NCBI RefSeq assembly: GCF_000981445.1
Contig: NC_027216.1
Coordinates: 2,232,001 to 2,296,000, forward strand
From: Babesia bigemina
Taxonomy: Eukaryota
DNA: 64,000 nt
Direction: 5' to 3'
The translations under genes were made by a program, and so were the position numbers. Under the pieces are notes generated by a model. It was given only the letters and a program-made list of their open reading frames with translations. It did not search any database and was not told the DNA's origin. Positions 32,152 through 43,708 of the stretch are shown in pieces. Each line of letters starts with the position of its first letter. Position 1 is the first letter of the stretch.

Positions 32152-35100
32152 TTACCATTTCGTGTCTACTAGCGCATCATGGTCCTCACCGCCGCAGCTG
32201 GGAGAGAGGATAGACGAAAGGACGGTGCCAGCTTTTGAATCCTTATGCAAATCCTCTTTTTTGAATCCCATCCTGACTCGGCTCTTGTGGCACAGGTTGC
32301 AGGGGTCGAAGAGGTGAGTCTTGAAGGTGGAGTCCCAGCCGTCAGTCAGGAACGCCTGGAGGGGGGATGATGTCTTGGAATCACTGCCGTATTCACAACT
32401 CTTCCACCCACCACTTTGTTTATCCCGACCACACTGCGCCTTCAGAAATTCCAACTGGTAGTGGCAGGCGTAGACGTAGTCACGCAGCTGGCAGATGAGG
32501 GCGCAGCAATCAGGCTCGTCGGATTGGTCAGATGGCTTAGGCTGCACAGGTTTTGATGACACATGTGCTCTCCAATTAGGTGCAATGGAATTGAGCACTG
32601 ACGAAGCAAACGTGGCGGTAAGCTGGAGTATGTCGAAGACATCATTGGGTCTGATGTTGGTGTGGTTGATGTGGAGCGCACGCTGTAAAGGGTCACTGTG
32701 CGGACCACCAAATGCCTTGTTAATACATTGTTTCAGAGTGTCATGATGCTTTTCATGCTTAAGCCCTGCCAGCCACTGAAGCATATCCCGGACAGTGCTC
32801 GGGGCCTCGGCGGGGAACCGCTCCGTCTCGGGGATATCGGTAGAGCCAGGTGTGGGTGTTGAAGTGGCCCAGGAAGAGATACACATTTTTAGTTCCGGAC
32901 GGTGGATTATTTCTGGATCGAAGTCTTGGGGTGGCGGCATAGACTGCTCGACGTCTGGAGGCGCGATGTTGAATGAGACTGCAGGGAATGGTGGATCTAC
33001 AGGGTCAGGCAGTGTGTCAGTTTTAATATGCGTTGAGTCATCATCAAAAGTTAAGTCAAAGTTGAGATCGTTATCTGGCAATTTTAGTTTGGGGACGTGG
33101 ATGTCAATCTCAAATTGCTCTGGAATTTTGGGTGGTATGTACGCGTCAGCAATTTCCATACCTCCTGGCGGTGGGGGTTCTAGATATTCCGTAGGGATGG
33201 GTGACGAATGCAGGTTTGAGTCGGAAATGACTGTTCCCTTAAAATCAGGCATTGGTGGCCTGGGAGGCGTAACATGCTGGCTTGTGGGAACGTTGGCGCC
33301 GCCTTTTGAATCACTCGTCAGAGAACTACCGTCTACATGATTCACGATAGCAGGAGCGTGCCCATCCAACTCTCCAATGGGTCTTACAAATGTGTTTCTA
33401 GGCATCTGTATCGGAATATTGATATCTCGTGCGGCGGCATCTAGCACCTTTTTAAGTGCCAGATCTTTTTTCCTCTCTCTTTCCTCTTCTTCCTTATACA
33501 CTCTACGCCTATTTATAGCTTCGTGATTCATCAAAATAAAATCAGTGGGATCGGGAGCTGGCTTACCGTCAAACGAATTAGCGTAATCATAATACGCCTG
33601 TTCGTGCAATCGCATCTTACGTTCCTCTTCTTTTTGTTCTTCACGCCTCTCTGCTTCTTCCTGTATACGTCTTTCATCCGTTTTTCTTGTCGCTTCTTCA
33701 AATCGTTTTTCCAGCGCCTTAGCATCTGCTTGTCTCTGTAAATTTTGCTTCCTGAGCCGTTCAATGGCATACTTATATTTAGAGTCCAACGCTAATCTCT
33801 CGTCCACTTTTTTTAGCTGCATCGGCTTTTTTAATTTCATCAGCATCTCGTATCCATTGATCTTGCATATGACTTATAAATTTTTCATCCCGAGCTTTTT
33901 GTTCCCACATTTTCGTTTGATGTACGGAATCAATTATATTACGTATTTTTTCTTGTCGTTTCTCGGCTAACGGATCATCCACTGGTGCACCATCTGCAAA
34001 TACATAACTTGGAAGATTCCTATTCCGCTGTACGTCTCGCCCACCACCTGGTTCATAGTAATCACGCCCATGACCAGCACTGCCACCGGTAAGTCGAGGG
34101 TAAAGTCCGGGATCAGGACGGCTGCGGTCACCTGGAAGGGTGGAGAGAGTAGGTGTTGGGGGAGTAGTTCTATTTTTCGAGGCTGTAGGTGAATAGTTAC
34201 GAGGACCTATCTTATTTATATTTTGAAGTGTTTGCGTGGAGAAAGGCTTGCGGTAAGGCATATTAGGTTGTCTAAAGCATTGATCTCCTCCTTTGAAAAA
34301 ATTTTGTATTTTTACGCCATCAGAACATGTCACAGAACCATCAGATCGCTGGCTCTGGCCACCTTGTGGACGATTGTCCCCACTCCCTCCCGACGCTCCA
34401 CCGCCGCTTGAAGCATCAACAGTTGGCGCTGTAGTGTAACCGCCTGCAGCTGTCGGACCATTTTGATCGCTTCCTTGAGCAGCGCGAGAAGCAGACCCCT
34501 TCCCACCCGGTTCCTGCCCACTACTGGGATCAGGGCCGCGAGGTAACGCAGAGTTTGAATCTGAAAGACTTGAAGGCTGAGTGACTGCAGCTTTTGGAGT
34601 TGCGGCGGGTGTACCTTGTTCCGCTTTCTTGCCCTGGTTCTGCGCACTGCCATTTTCAGCAGTCTGAGCTTTAGTCGCAGTTGGCTTCGGCGCCTCGGAT
34701 TTGGTGATCACAGGCTTGGAGGCCTCGGTTTTGGTGACAGGCAGATTCTCTTCATCTATCAACATTACATCATCATCATGCTCATCTTCGGACTCCTCAT
34801 CATCTTTCTCGTGTTGTTTTAGTGAGCATTGCTGACCCTTCAAAATTTCTACAAGCTCATCCAAACCTTCTTTCTTGTCTTTAAGCACACCGATTGCGCT
34901 GTCCCAGTGCCTTTTCAAATCGTCATAATGAGTGGTCCCCGCTTCAAATTTGGTTCCATCGAATGTAAATCCGTAGGGAAATAGGCTTTTGGTAAAATAT
35001 TTACTAAGTTCGGTGTAATATTGCTGCAGCACGCTACGTTTATTATTAAGATTTTGCTTTCTGGATTTGCTGGTAAAAGGCTCAATCTCTTCTAACTTCT

Positions 35101-36046
35101 GTTTAACTATGCCCAGATTCTTTTTAAACCAGCTCGCCATCTTCTTAGCAATATTATGTTTTTTTAGGTCGTTAAGATCGCGCCCGAACCCTGTGAAGGA
35201 AAAGCGTTTACCGGTGAAAATATTGCCAAGAGGACCTTTGAGTTTTTTGCAGTGCTCCGTTAATTTTTGCCAATCAATACACTTCTCTCTTGTATATAAG
35301 TGACTTTTGAAATCGTCTTGCTGCACGTTTTCAAATATCCAACAAAAATCTCGCACCAGACGAAGGGCGTTGGCTACATTCGGCGTGTCGTAGCCAGATG
35401 TGGGCAACACCGTAGTTGAATAAACGTCGAGGAAATAATTTTGTATATTCGTCGCTTTGTGTAATATACGTATAAGGTCACCTGTCATAACTTTTCCCTG
35501 TTTATATTCACCCTTATAATCTGGCTTTAATGCATCCGCCGCGAATCCTCCAGGCATTACACCGTACTCTTGAGACATGTCTTTGGCAATAAGATATTCA
35601 TCAATTTTACTCGCGAGTTTCATATACATGTTTGGCGGTTGGCGAAGGATAGCGTACATTGCAACCGCCCCAACCGGCTCACTTGCCCAATTCCCTCCAC
35701 CCAGTCCTTTGAATGCTTCATCAACATTGTACCGCAAAAAGTATGTTGCAGCGAGCATTTTCGGAATGCACTCCAGAAGAGCGTTGAGGGCTTCCTTATT
35801 GTTGTTGGGTATAGTTTTGCTCGTCTCTGCTTTATTGCATAACCTCTTATGAAAGGTTGATACAGGATTAAGAAATTGGGACAGCGCCTCTACAATTTGC
35901 GATGAATCGACCGTTTTATATCTATCCTTGAGAAGCCTCACCAGTCGATGGGCCACCAGGTATTTCGCACTTTTATGATCATGCAACCACTCCAGAAACT
36001 GGAGACAGTCCTTAAGAGTGTCCAACTTCACTCCGTGCCCCGCCAT
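32152..36046 (-). pseudogene. ves2-like ('ribosome-binding protein 1, putative'-type) Babesia multigene family member, frameshifted and apparently 3'-truncated
   Basis: Family-typical N-terminus MAGHGVKLDTLKDCLQFLEWL, and later APSTVRDMLQWLAGL, YVYACHYQLEFLKAQC and CHKSRVRMGF. Split into ORFs 33779..36055 and 32152..33846 at a T7 run (33808-33814). No C-terminal TM. Confidence 0.7.
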
Positions 36047-36094
36047 TTTGTCCACTTCCAGTCACCCACTATTCCACAATTAAAAATCTCCACA

Positions 36095-36225
36095 GCCTGT
36101 CGCCAGGACCATGTGAACTGGGAAACACCAGAGTGATCACGCCTTTAATCCACCCTTACAAAACGCCACTGTCAGCCTCCAGGAATATGTGAACTGGGAA
36201 ACGCAAGAGTGACCACACCTCCAAA
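36095..36225 (-). repeat. Two-copy tandem repeat (period ~76) upstream of the ves2-like ATG
   Basis: ccagga..atgtgaactgggaaac..agagtga.cac.cct occurs twice, with core matches at 36111 and 36187. Confidence 0.8.
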
Positions 36226-36649
36226 ATGACACCGCTTAATACAGCAAGGTAGACAACTAAGTGCACTGGGTGAAATAGTGATGAATTCAGACGCCGAGTG
36301 ACAACAATACGCATCATACTAAGACAATGACACACCTAAACCATATTGCAAACTCCATGACCCATCACAAGAATCCTATAGACCAACCACTCACCTGAGG
36401 AGGGAGGGCGACAAGGCAGGGCAGCCATGCTGGAGTGAGAGGGTGGAGTACAGTGGAAAGACGCTGTCAACCGGGAGAATATTGGGTGTAGGTAAATAAG
36501 TTTTGACAAATTTTATGTTGAGTTTTGAGTAAACAGCTCAGCACTTTGGTCAGGTGCTTGGTCACCTCACAGCTCATGCGATTCGTCATCAACGCAATCG
36601 CTACTCTGTCTAGAACATTAGATGTCAGTTGCCAGTTAGGTTATTGTGG

Positions 36650-37102
36650 TTAGCTGCGCAGTAGATACCGCACCCTGTGGAACGGCCGGATGCGGAAGTA
36701 GATCATGACGCAGATGACGACGATGATGAGGGCGACGGGGAGGATGATGATTGGGAGGACGGCGGGGGAGGAATTGGTGGTAGATGGTGGACCGGAGGTG
36801 TGAGGCTGAACGCTGCGGGCAGAGGAGGAACCGTGTGAACCAGAGCGAAGCTGTTGACGTGTGGATATAAGGCTACTAGAGTCGGGGAGGCGTTTCTTAA
36901 TACAACACTCACATTGACATGTGAGGGTCTTACACTCTTTACATCGCGAATCATCGCAACGTTCTTCTCCACTCTTGCGCAAATTAGCAAAATAAAGACA
37001 TTGAAAACAAGTTTGTACGCATCGTTCACAACACCAGGGACAGCAATTACACACGACACGCTCTGTACATTTTTTGTTACACCTACACGTTAATATGCTC
37101 AT
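36650..37102 (-). CDS. Cys-rich, Ser/Pro linker, C-terminal TM protein (150 aa), paralog of 26834..27397
   Basis: CNCCPWCCERC...CQCECCIKK, TM VLPIIILPVALIIVVICVMIYF; ggggaagATG start context; shared 5' repeat units and 3' flank. Confidence 0.8.
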   Translation of the reverse strand: MSILTCRCNKKCTERVVCNCCPWCCERCVQTCFQCLYFANLRKSGEERCDDSRCKECKTLTCQCECCIKKRLPDSSSLISTRQQLRSGSHGSSSARSVQPHTSGPPSTTNSSPAVLPIIILPVALIIVVICVMIYFRIRPFHRVRYLLRS

Positions 37103-37105
37103 CTT

Positions 37106-37260
37106 CCCCTCCCAGTCCCAGTCCCCTCAGCCTGCGTACATATATCAATCACCTAGCAACGCACTCACCAACTGCAACAGGTACCACTGCCGCTACTAGT
37201 CCCCTCAGCCTGCAGACATATCAATCACCTAGCAGCGCACTCACCAACCACTCATGAACA
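37106..37260 (-). repeat. Two copies of the same intron/exon-like unit found five times at 26470-26830
   Basis: Reverse complement: gttcatgagtggttgGTGAGTgcgctgctaggtgattgatatgtctgCAGgctgagggg...ttgGTGAGTgcgttgctaggtgattgatatatgtacgCAG. Confidence 0.88.
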
Positions 37261-38424
37261 CGCAACCTTACCGCTGTAATCGCCAACCCGTTCCCGCAGG
37301 GTTAGGCTACCCATACCCATGCTGCCACCAGTGATACCACAGCCGCGTATAATGCAGTACAGAGATACCAGTACCAGGGGTGGGGATATGTAGGTTGCTT
37401 ACCTTGCCTCAGATATACCTGAACAAATGTACTGCAGGTTCTTAGACCCCCTAAATAATGTAAGAGCTGCATTAATAACTGCCTATATTGCCTTCATGAT
37501 GTTCATAAAAAAATTGCGATGCTTCTGGATTATTGGCCCCACCTGTCATCCGGCACGCATGTTATGCTACCAAAAAACGGCGTCGCGTTTCAGTAGGCTA
37601 TTTAGTTTCCTCAAATTAGAAATGATGGCAACACTATCCATAGCGTCTCACATAACGTTTTGTTGTTAATACCGTATCACTCAATGTTACAATGAGTTGC
37701 AAATCCCAACCGTAATGGTGTCTAACCCCCTGTTGAACTGAGATTTCCCGAACGCTTTTCACCTGCTTCGGCGACACACCACTTCTCAACATGTTTGCCA
37801 TCGTATTACTTATTAACATCTCAACATGAGCAATTATGTGTTTTGTTGTTACCCATCCCATCAACCTGTGGGCTGTTACTGAGTCCGGTAACACCAATAT
37901 AGTTGCGGTTCGCGTTTACCAATATAGCTTACCGCAACATTACATAACATCTTATAGAGTGTACCGTGAGCACGTGACGATGAGTGAAGGCAGTAGGCGT
38001 GTGTTTCGCAACCCCTTGTTCGACACGGCCAAATACCGAATGGTGGTCGCTCATCAATATCGGTGAAATAAGTGTCGTTTATCGCTAATCACCAGGTATT
38101 ACTTATTGCTACGTACCAAAGGCATTCCTAGTCTTACAAGGTCTGATCATACATGGATATGGCTGCATCTTATCTCATAACTCTCGTGCACTGACTGGAC
38201 GACAAAGACTTGGTGAGATGTGTCTTCGTTTCAGTCTAATAAGCAGGAATCGTGCTTCACACGGAAGTGATTAACACTAAAATATATTATTGAATTAGCA
38301 ACTACAGCAATTTCAATCGACACCTATGATGCCTCTGGAGACACAAACCAACATAACTACCAAGATGCGGTATGACAATTAAAATGGGTATTTGCCAAAT
38401 GCACTGTCACATCTCGATTACTCA

Positions 38425-41283
38425 TTACTTGGCGTAGTAATGCTTGATCTGGATAGTGGATAGGACGACACCCTTGATGGTTACGCATTGGCATTGTAAG
38501 GGCGGTGTCTTGCGCAGAGTCTCCCCGCGACCTATACGAGAACTGTCGAACTGCAGGCTGACGAAATGGTTGGAATGTGACACTACCAAAGACTGGCTGA
38601 TATTGCGTATGTTCTTGACTATGCCGTCAACAAAGACATTGTTAAAGCAACCGGGTGGGTCCAGGACGTACGGCACTGGGCAGTAGAATGCCGCTTCCTT
38701 AGCGGCTTGAAGGTCTATCTTGCAACCGAACTGAGGCTCTCCGGCGGCGTCGTAGAGTTGGGGTGTCTCGGGCTTGAACAATCCAGCGGACTCGTAGGTA
38801 ACGCCGCAGCCTTGCATATAGGGATCCGTAGCCTCTAAGTTAACTTCAACTAAGTGCCACGTGAATACTTTGGAGGAGCGTAGAACATGGGTAGTTGGAG
38901 ATGCAGGGACCTCACCGTCGATGATTGCCACATCCGCTGGTTCAAGCTCCTTGCCGCAGACAAATGCCAAGGGCACAATGTACTTATGCATTGGATCCTT
39001 CGATATAATCAGGGAGTCTTTTTGAGTTTCGATGATCAAGCTTTGATATCGATGTGTTGTTAAGAGGTCTCTATAAATTGGTCTAAAATCACCCGGAATG
39101 GTGACGATTGCATCTTCATATGTCTTACGAACAAGCTGATCACCGTGCTTTGTATGGGTTACGGCATAATAGAATACGTCTGGTTGATTCGGCCACCATT
39201 TCGTTAACGGCCACCCCTCTTCAATTTGCATTGCACCGTTATAGACTTCTATATCATGAAAACCAAACTTACACTCTAGTATCAACCGTTTACCAGCAGC
39301 CAATGTAATCGACCTTGTCAGCGCTTTATGCACCATAATAAAGTTTGTTGGTGTGGATTCTTCGAGCAATAGATCGGCGGTCTTAAGTAACATATAACTG
39401 ATGCGAGTTCGCGTAAGAGTCCTATCCACGCGGCGTGTTCTGAAAGTGTAATACACACTCTCCATTTTCTTAAAAACAACTCTGGAAGTCTCGTATCCAC
39501 GTTGGTCAACACAGAAGCAGGCGAGACTGAAGGCCCCATCATTGCCGATGTCAATTTTAAAGAGCTGAAATCCTGGGATGGATAGCGGTGTCGTAGTTCT
39601 GACATAGCTAGGCATTGGAATTATCTCATCGGAGTACACATCATATATTGTGGCCTCACAGTTGCCAGGTAATAGCTCTTCATCTATTCCGCAGTGAATA
39701 CCAGCTCGTCGGACCTGCCAAATGTTATAAACACATTGATAGGTATTCCATATATCATTTCCCATAGATATGGTTGAACAATATGATTTGTTAGTGATGG
39801 GATCGAATATAGCTTGTGCCCCTCGGTCGCAACCTCTCATCTGGTAGTGGTGGGTATACGCGAAAGAGACGTTAACTATGGCTCGAATGCTATCAGAGAC
39901 ATCCTCATTAGATGCCAATGTGCACTGATAATAAAACGAGTTCAATCCGCTTTTCAAGGTGAGAAGTTTGCCTACATGGTACCTCAGCTTCACCTCTCCC
40001 CGGTGCATTTGGGAAAGGTCCAACTCGAGGGCATCGCCAACAAGAGCTTCGTGGTACGGGATTTCTTCGTAACTATCAGAATCATATAAATCCGTCTGTT
40101 GCCTCATCGTAGTCAAGTCCTTTGGCAGAAATTCGGTAGGCAGCAGTTGGGAGGATCCTTCGTCCGATTCCGAATTCACACCCATTATTGGCACCCGGAT
40201 TGTCAAAGTGCTACCTGGATTGAGCATAACCGAACACCAAGGACCGCGCTTGGGATTCGACTTGTTGCCTTCGATCATGCTGGCAATGTCACAGACGTAG
40301 TCAGTTTTCGATCTGATCTTTATCTTGGCATTCACCTGACCCGTTTTGGTATCTATGCAATAGCATCTGCCATTTATGGGTGGCAATGCTAAACCAGAGA
40401 AGTATTTCGACACCACCCAAGGCGACTGTCTCCCGAAGGTCCTGTGCGACTGTGGTCGAGGGGGCTTCACAACTTTGCCAGTCTTATCCACGAGTGATAT
40501 CATGCAATCATAAGGTTCAACGCGACCTTCGCACAGGAACCCAATAGGTGACTCTGACATAGGATCAGCCACGCATGAGCGTGTACCAGTCTCGGGATCT
40601 ACATCCACCTCATTATCCGGAGCGAATAGAGGCGAAGGGCGGCTGCCACAACCCTGGAGTGGCTGATACATGTTTTTTCTGTACAAGAACACCACACCCA
40701 AGCTCTGCCCAGTCTTGGCTATTTCTTTAGTCAAAGGTATGGTTGAACTCCGAGGACGTGTCTCTGGTTGAAGGGCACTTTGCTGGAGAATATATTGTTG
40801 CAAAGCATCAGTCAAAACCAGGTTTCGCGGACCGCAGATAAATATCAAACGGCGTTCGTTAATAGCAAAGAATTCATGAAACGACATGTAGAAATGTAGC
40901 TTCATTTGCAACTGTTCGGGTTCTACCCAGAAAAATCGCTTGCCGGATTCAGAACGAACTACCTGCGAATGAGCAACCGATCTAAGCTTGCCATTAACAC
41001 CTACATACGTGTTAATCCGAACATGATCCGCCGACGTTGATTGAGGATGCCAAACATATTCTGTGCCGTCGACTTGGCGTGGACATATCACAGTTTCAAG
41101 CTTCATGAAATCCGCATTTTTGTGGCATACAGCTAAAGTATTCCTAACAGGTAGCTGATCTGGCCTCCCGAAGTCACAAACGGATGCGTCAATACCCGTA
41201 ATGCAATACAGGCATATTGCGCAGAATACCCAGAGGAACTTCATGATGCGCAATTTCGCCATGACTATGATTATCTGTTCCAT
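38425..41283 (-). CDS. Secreted 6-Cys (s48/45)-like multidomain protein
   Basis: Signal peptide (MKFLWVFCAICLYCITGIDA). Three repeats of GC...C...[GA][FI]xC...PxxC: QGCG..IGFLCEGRVEPYDC, RGCD..AGIHC..LPGNC and QGCG..AAFYCP..DPPGCF. No GPI or TM tail seen. Confidence 0.7.
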   Translation of the reverse strand: MEQIIIVMAKLRIMKFLWVFCAICLYCITGIDASVCDFGRPDQLPVRNTLAVCHKNADFMKLETVICPRQVDGTEYVWHPQSTSADHVRINTYVGVNGKLRSVAHSQVVRSESGKRFFWVEPEQLQMKLHFYMSFHEFFAINERRLIFICGPRNLVLTDALQQYILQQSALQPETRPRSSTIPLTKEIAKTGQSLGVVFLYRKNMYQPLQGCGSRPSPLFAPDNEVDVDPETGTRSCVADPMSESPIGFLCEGRVEPYDCMISLVDKTGKVVKPPRPQSHRTFGRQSPWVVSKYFSGLALPPINGRCYCIDTKTGQVNAKIKIRSKTDYVCDIASMIEGNKSNPKRGPWCSVMLNPGSTLTIRVPIMGVNSESDEGSSQLLPTEFLPKDLTTMRQQTDLYDSDSYEEIPYHEALVGDALELDLSQMHRGEVKLRYHVGKLLTLKSGLNSFYYQCTLASNEDVSDSIRAIVNVSFAYTHHYQMRGCDRGAQAIFDPITNKSYCSTISMGNDIWNTYQCVYNIWQVRRAGIHCGIDEELLPGNCEATIYDVYSDEIIPMPSYVRTTTPLSIPGFQLFKIDIGNDGAFSLACFCVDQRGYETSRVVFKKMESVYYTFRTRRVDRTLTRTRISYMLLKTADLLLEESTPTNFIMVHKALTRSITLAAGKRLILECKFGFHDIEVYNGAMQIEEGWPLTKWWPNQPDVFYYAVTHTKHGDQLVRKTYEDAIVTIPGDFRPIYRDLLTTHRYQSLIIETQKDSLIISKDPMHKYIVPLAFVCGKELEPADVAIIDGEVPASPTTHVLRSSKVFTWHLVEVNLEATDPYMQGCGVTYESAGLFKPETPQLYDAAGEPQFGCKIDLQAAKEAAFYCPVPYVLDPPGCFNNVFVDGIVKNIRNISQSLVVSHSNHFVSLQFDSSRIGRGETLRKTPPLQCQCVTIKGVVLSTIQIKHYYAK

Positions 41284-42309
41284 ACGATTAATAAAGATGA
41301 ACCTACATGTAGAATCCTAATGCCAAATGACGCATATGTGGACATGTTAAGTTAAAAAAGAATTAATACTTTTTATTTTTGTCGGGGAAATGAAGGCCAC
41401 CCAAAACCCCATTGCCCGAGCAGGCGTCTAGGTTGCAAAGGAATTTTCATTCACGGATGCAACTGTAATATTCATCGAGGCTGACGGATGCAATGGTAAA
41501 TACCACATTTTAAGTTTGGTGGAGGCAACAGTGCTTCTGACGGCACAAAATCGGCCCTAGATGTGCCTGTATCTACCTAAACATAAGCTTCCGGTCACAT
41601 TCAGGTGGAACGATCGATGCGAATAACTGTGGACCGACCGAGGAACACCATCAACCACAGTGGCAACAGGGATCATAAACCATGACAAATTGGTGGAAAC
41701 GGCGACTTAAAAGGAGGCTACATGTGAGGACATGTTGAAAGACATAAAAAGGGAAAATGCGCAACCACTTTATGCCGTTCAAGGTGTTACCTTAAGTGTC
41801 GAGGCACATGAAACACAGAGAGGCTTATGCCTCATCAATCGGCCTTCGCGATCGCATAATTCGACTGCTACCACGGATAACAGCAGTAACATGAGGCAAC
41901 AACACGACGTGGGATTCGCGTGACCAACACCAGCAGCGTGAGGCCAGCCTCGTGAACGCCAAAAGCGGCCATAGCCAAACGTAGCAACGGAACCTGCATT
42001 GACTCGTATAGGAACAACACATTATACATCTATTATAGGACTTGCATTGTCGCCAAAAGAACCTCCAAAGTGTACTCGGCTATAGTTGAAGCATCCGGTA
42101 GCAAAACTTTGATGCCGATGCCACCGTTACTTCTTATCACGAGAAAAGCAACGTACCAAAAACATGGTCCGTTATCAACGACACTGGAAATAGCTCCGCC
42201 GGTGTTTGTACGGAGTGCTGTTGTTCCGAATGTTTCTCTCTGCTGCCATGGGTTCGGCTCGTTCACAGTTTTATACCATCCAACCGCAAATCCGCAGTTA
42301 ACTCCTGTT

Positions 42310-43708
42310 TCAGTCATCCTGCGATGCCAAATCGACCAGTTTGAAAAATTGTATAGGCGCGTCGTGTTGTAGGAGGCTATCGGGTGAAGTCGATATGCGG
42401 TGCATCATGTCAACGAATGTGACGCCCTGCAGACGCTTAAATAAGCCACATACAACCTACCAGTGACCCAGGTCCGTTGCACATGTCCACGCACTTAATC
42501 GCGCTATAATGTATGCCAACAATGGCGGCGATAGCGGCGAACATCGGCTTACTCGACGACACCGCAATCATGGTGGCGATGATCCCTCCGGCGCTGACCT
42601 CAAAACCTTGCACCAAGTAAAACGGAGCATACTTCCGAAACCCACCGTGCACTTTTTTCAGTATATCTGGTGACCTCGAGAACACAGCCCCCTCGTGGTC
42701 GGATGCGTTCATCACTACGGCATGCAAGTCTGCGGGAGCTATGCGAACTTCCACCACGTTACCACTAACCGTTGTCAATCACAACTGCGTTGTATCGCTC
42801 CGATATAACCTTGCAGCGATTGAGTCTGGCGATATCAGAGTCAGGCTGGCCTTCCTTATCGCCACCTGCCGAGTATCCTGCCTCGTTGTCGGATGCCACT
42901 GCGGCGGCAAAATACGCAGTGTTGCCCACAAAGCGTATGATGTGCGGTTTAATAGCGAATAGCTGCGGCATGGTGTGGTTTTTCGAATTTTATTACCATT
43001 TCGTCGATGCGCACTAGGTCCTGTGCCGGAATGGCATTGCGCAGGTTGAGGTCCACCATTATGGCGTTGCATCCGCTATCCAGCGTTTCATATATTTCCT
43101 GAAACGAGGCTATACATGTTTCTCGCCAACGCTTACTTTGCGTGATTCCAGAAGCGAGTCCGCCGAGTCGACGTTTATGTAACAGCCAACGAACCCTGCA
43201 CCAATTACCAAAATCTTAACGGTTCTTCAAGCGTACCATGTGAATCCTTTCGCTGCGCCATGAGCTCCGATAGTTGTGGTATGTCGGCGGCAGACTGAAA
43301 GACGGCCCCAGACGCCAGAACAGCATCAGCGACGCGGCATTCTATCGCCTTGTCGACGTTGCAAGTGAGCAGCAGCGGCTTGAAGTAGCGCAGCTTCCTC
43401 CAGTAAGTGGATGTGAGCTCCAGTAGCTTCTCTGGCGTGCTGTCCTTCACAAAGCGGTGTCCAATACTGACGACCTTGTCCCTCGCTGTGTCGACCTGGG
43501 CACAGGAGTCGGCAGCCGATGAAGCTTCGCGGCCGCTCGACCAACATCGTCTCGCACACCCAGCAGCATTTAGGGGTGTAAATGGTAGATAAGAACTGAT
43601 ATGAGCATTCTGCCGGATACTGGCAGCAGCGTTCGCCGAGCATATCGCTCGGACGGATCGCAACGCCTTGGCAGGGCAAAATCTGCCGCCCATCCACAAT
43701 AGTGCCAT
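42310..43708 (-). CDS. Hydroxyethylthiazole kinase (ThiM)-like protein, six exons, degenerate active site
   Basis: Manual splicing over five short introns yields PLLLTCNVDKAIECRVADAVLASGA, CYINVDS, LFAIKPHIIRFVGN, ISERYNAVVI, VQGFEVSAGGIIATMIAV and GPGSLGVTFVDMMHRI, collinear with ThiM motifs. Confidence 0.7.
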
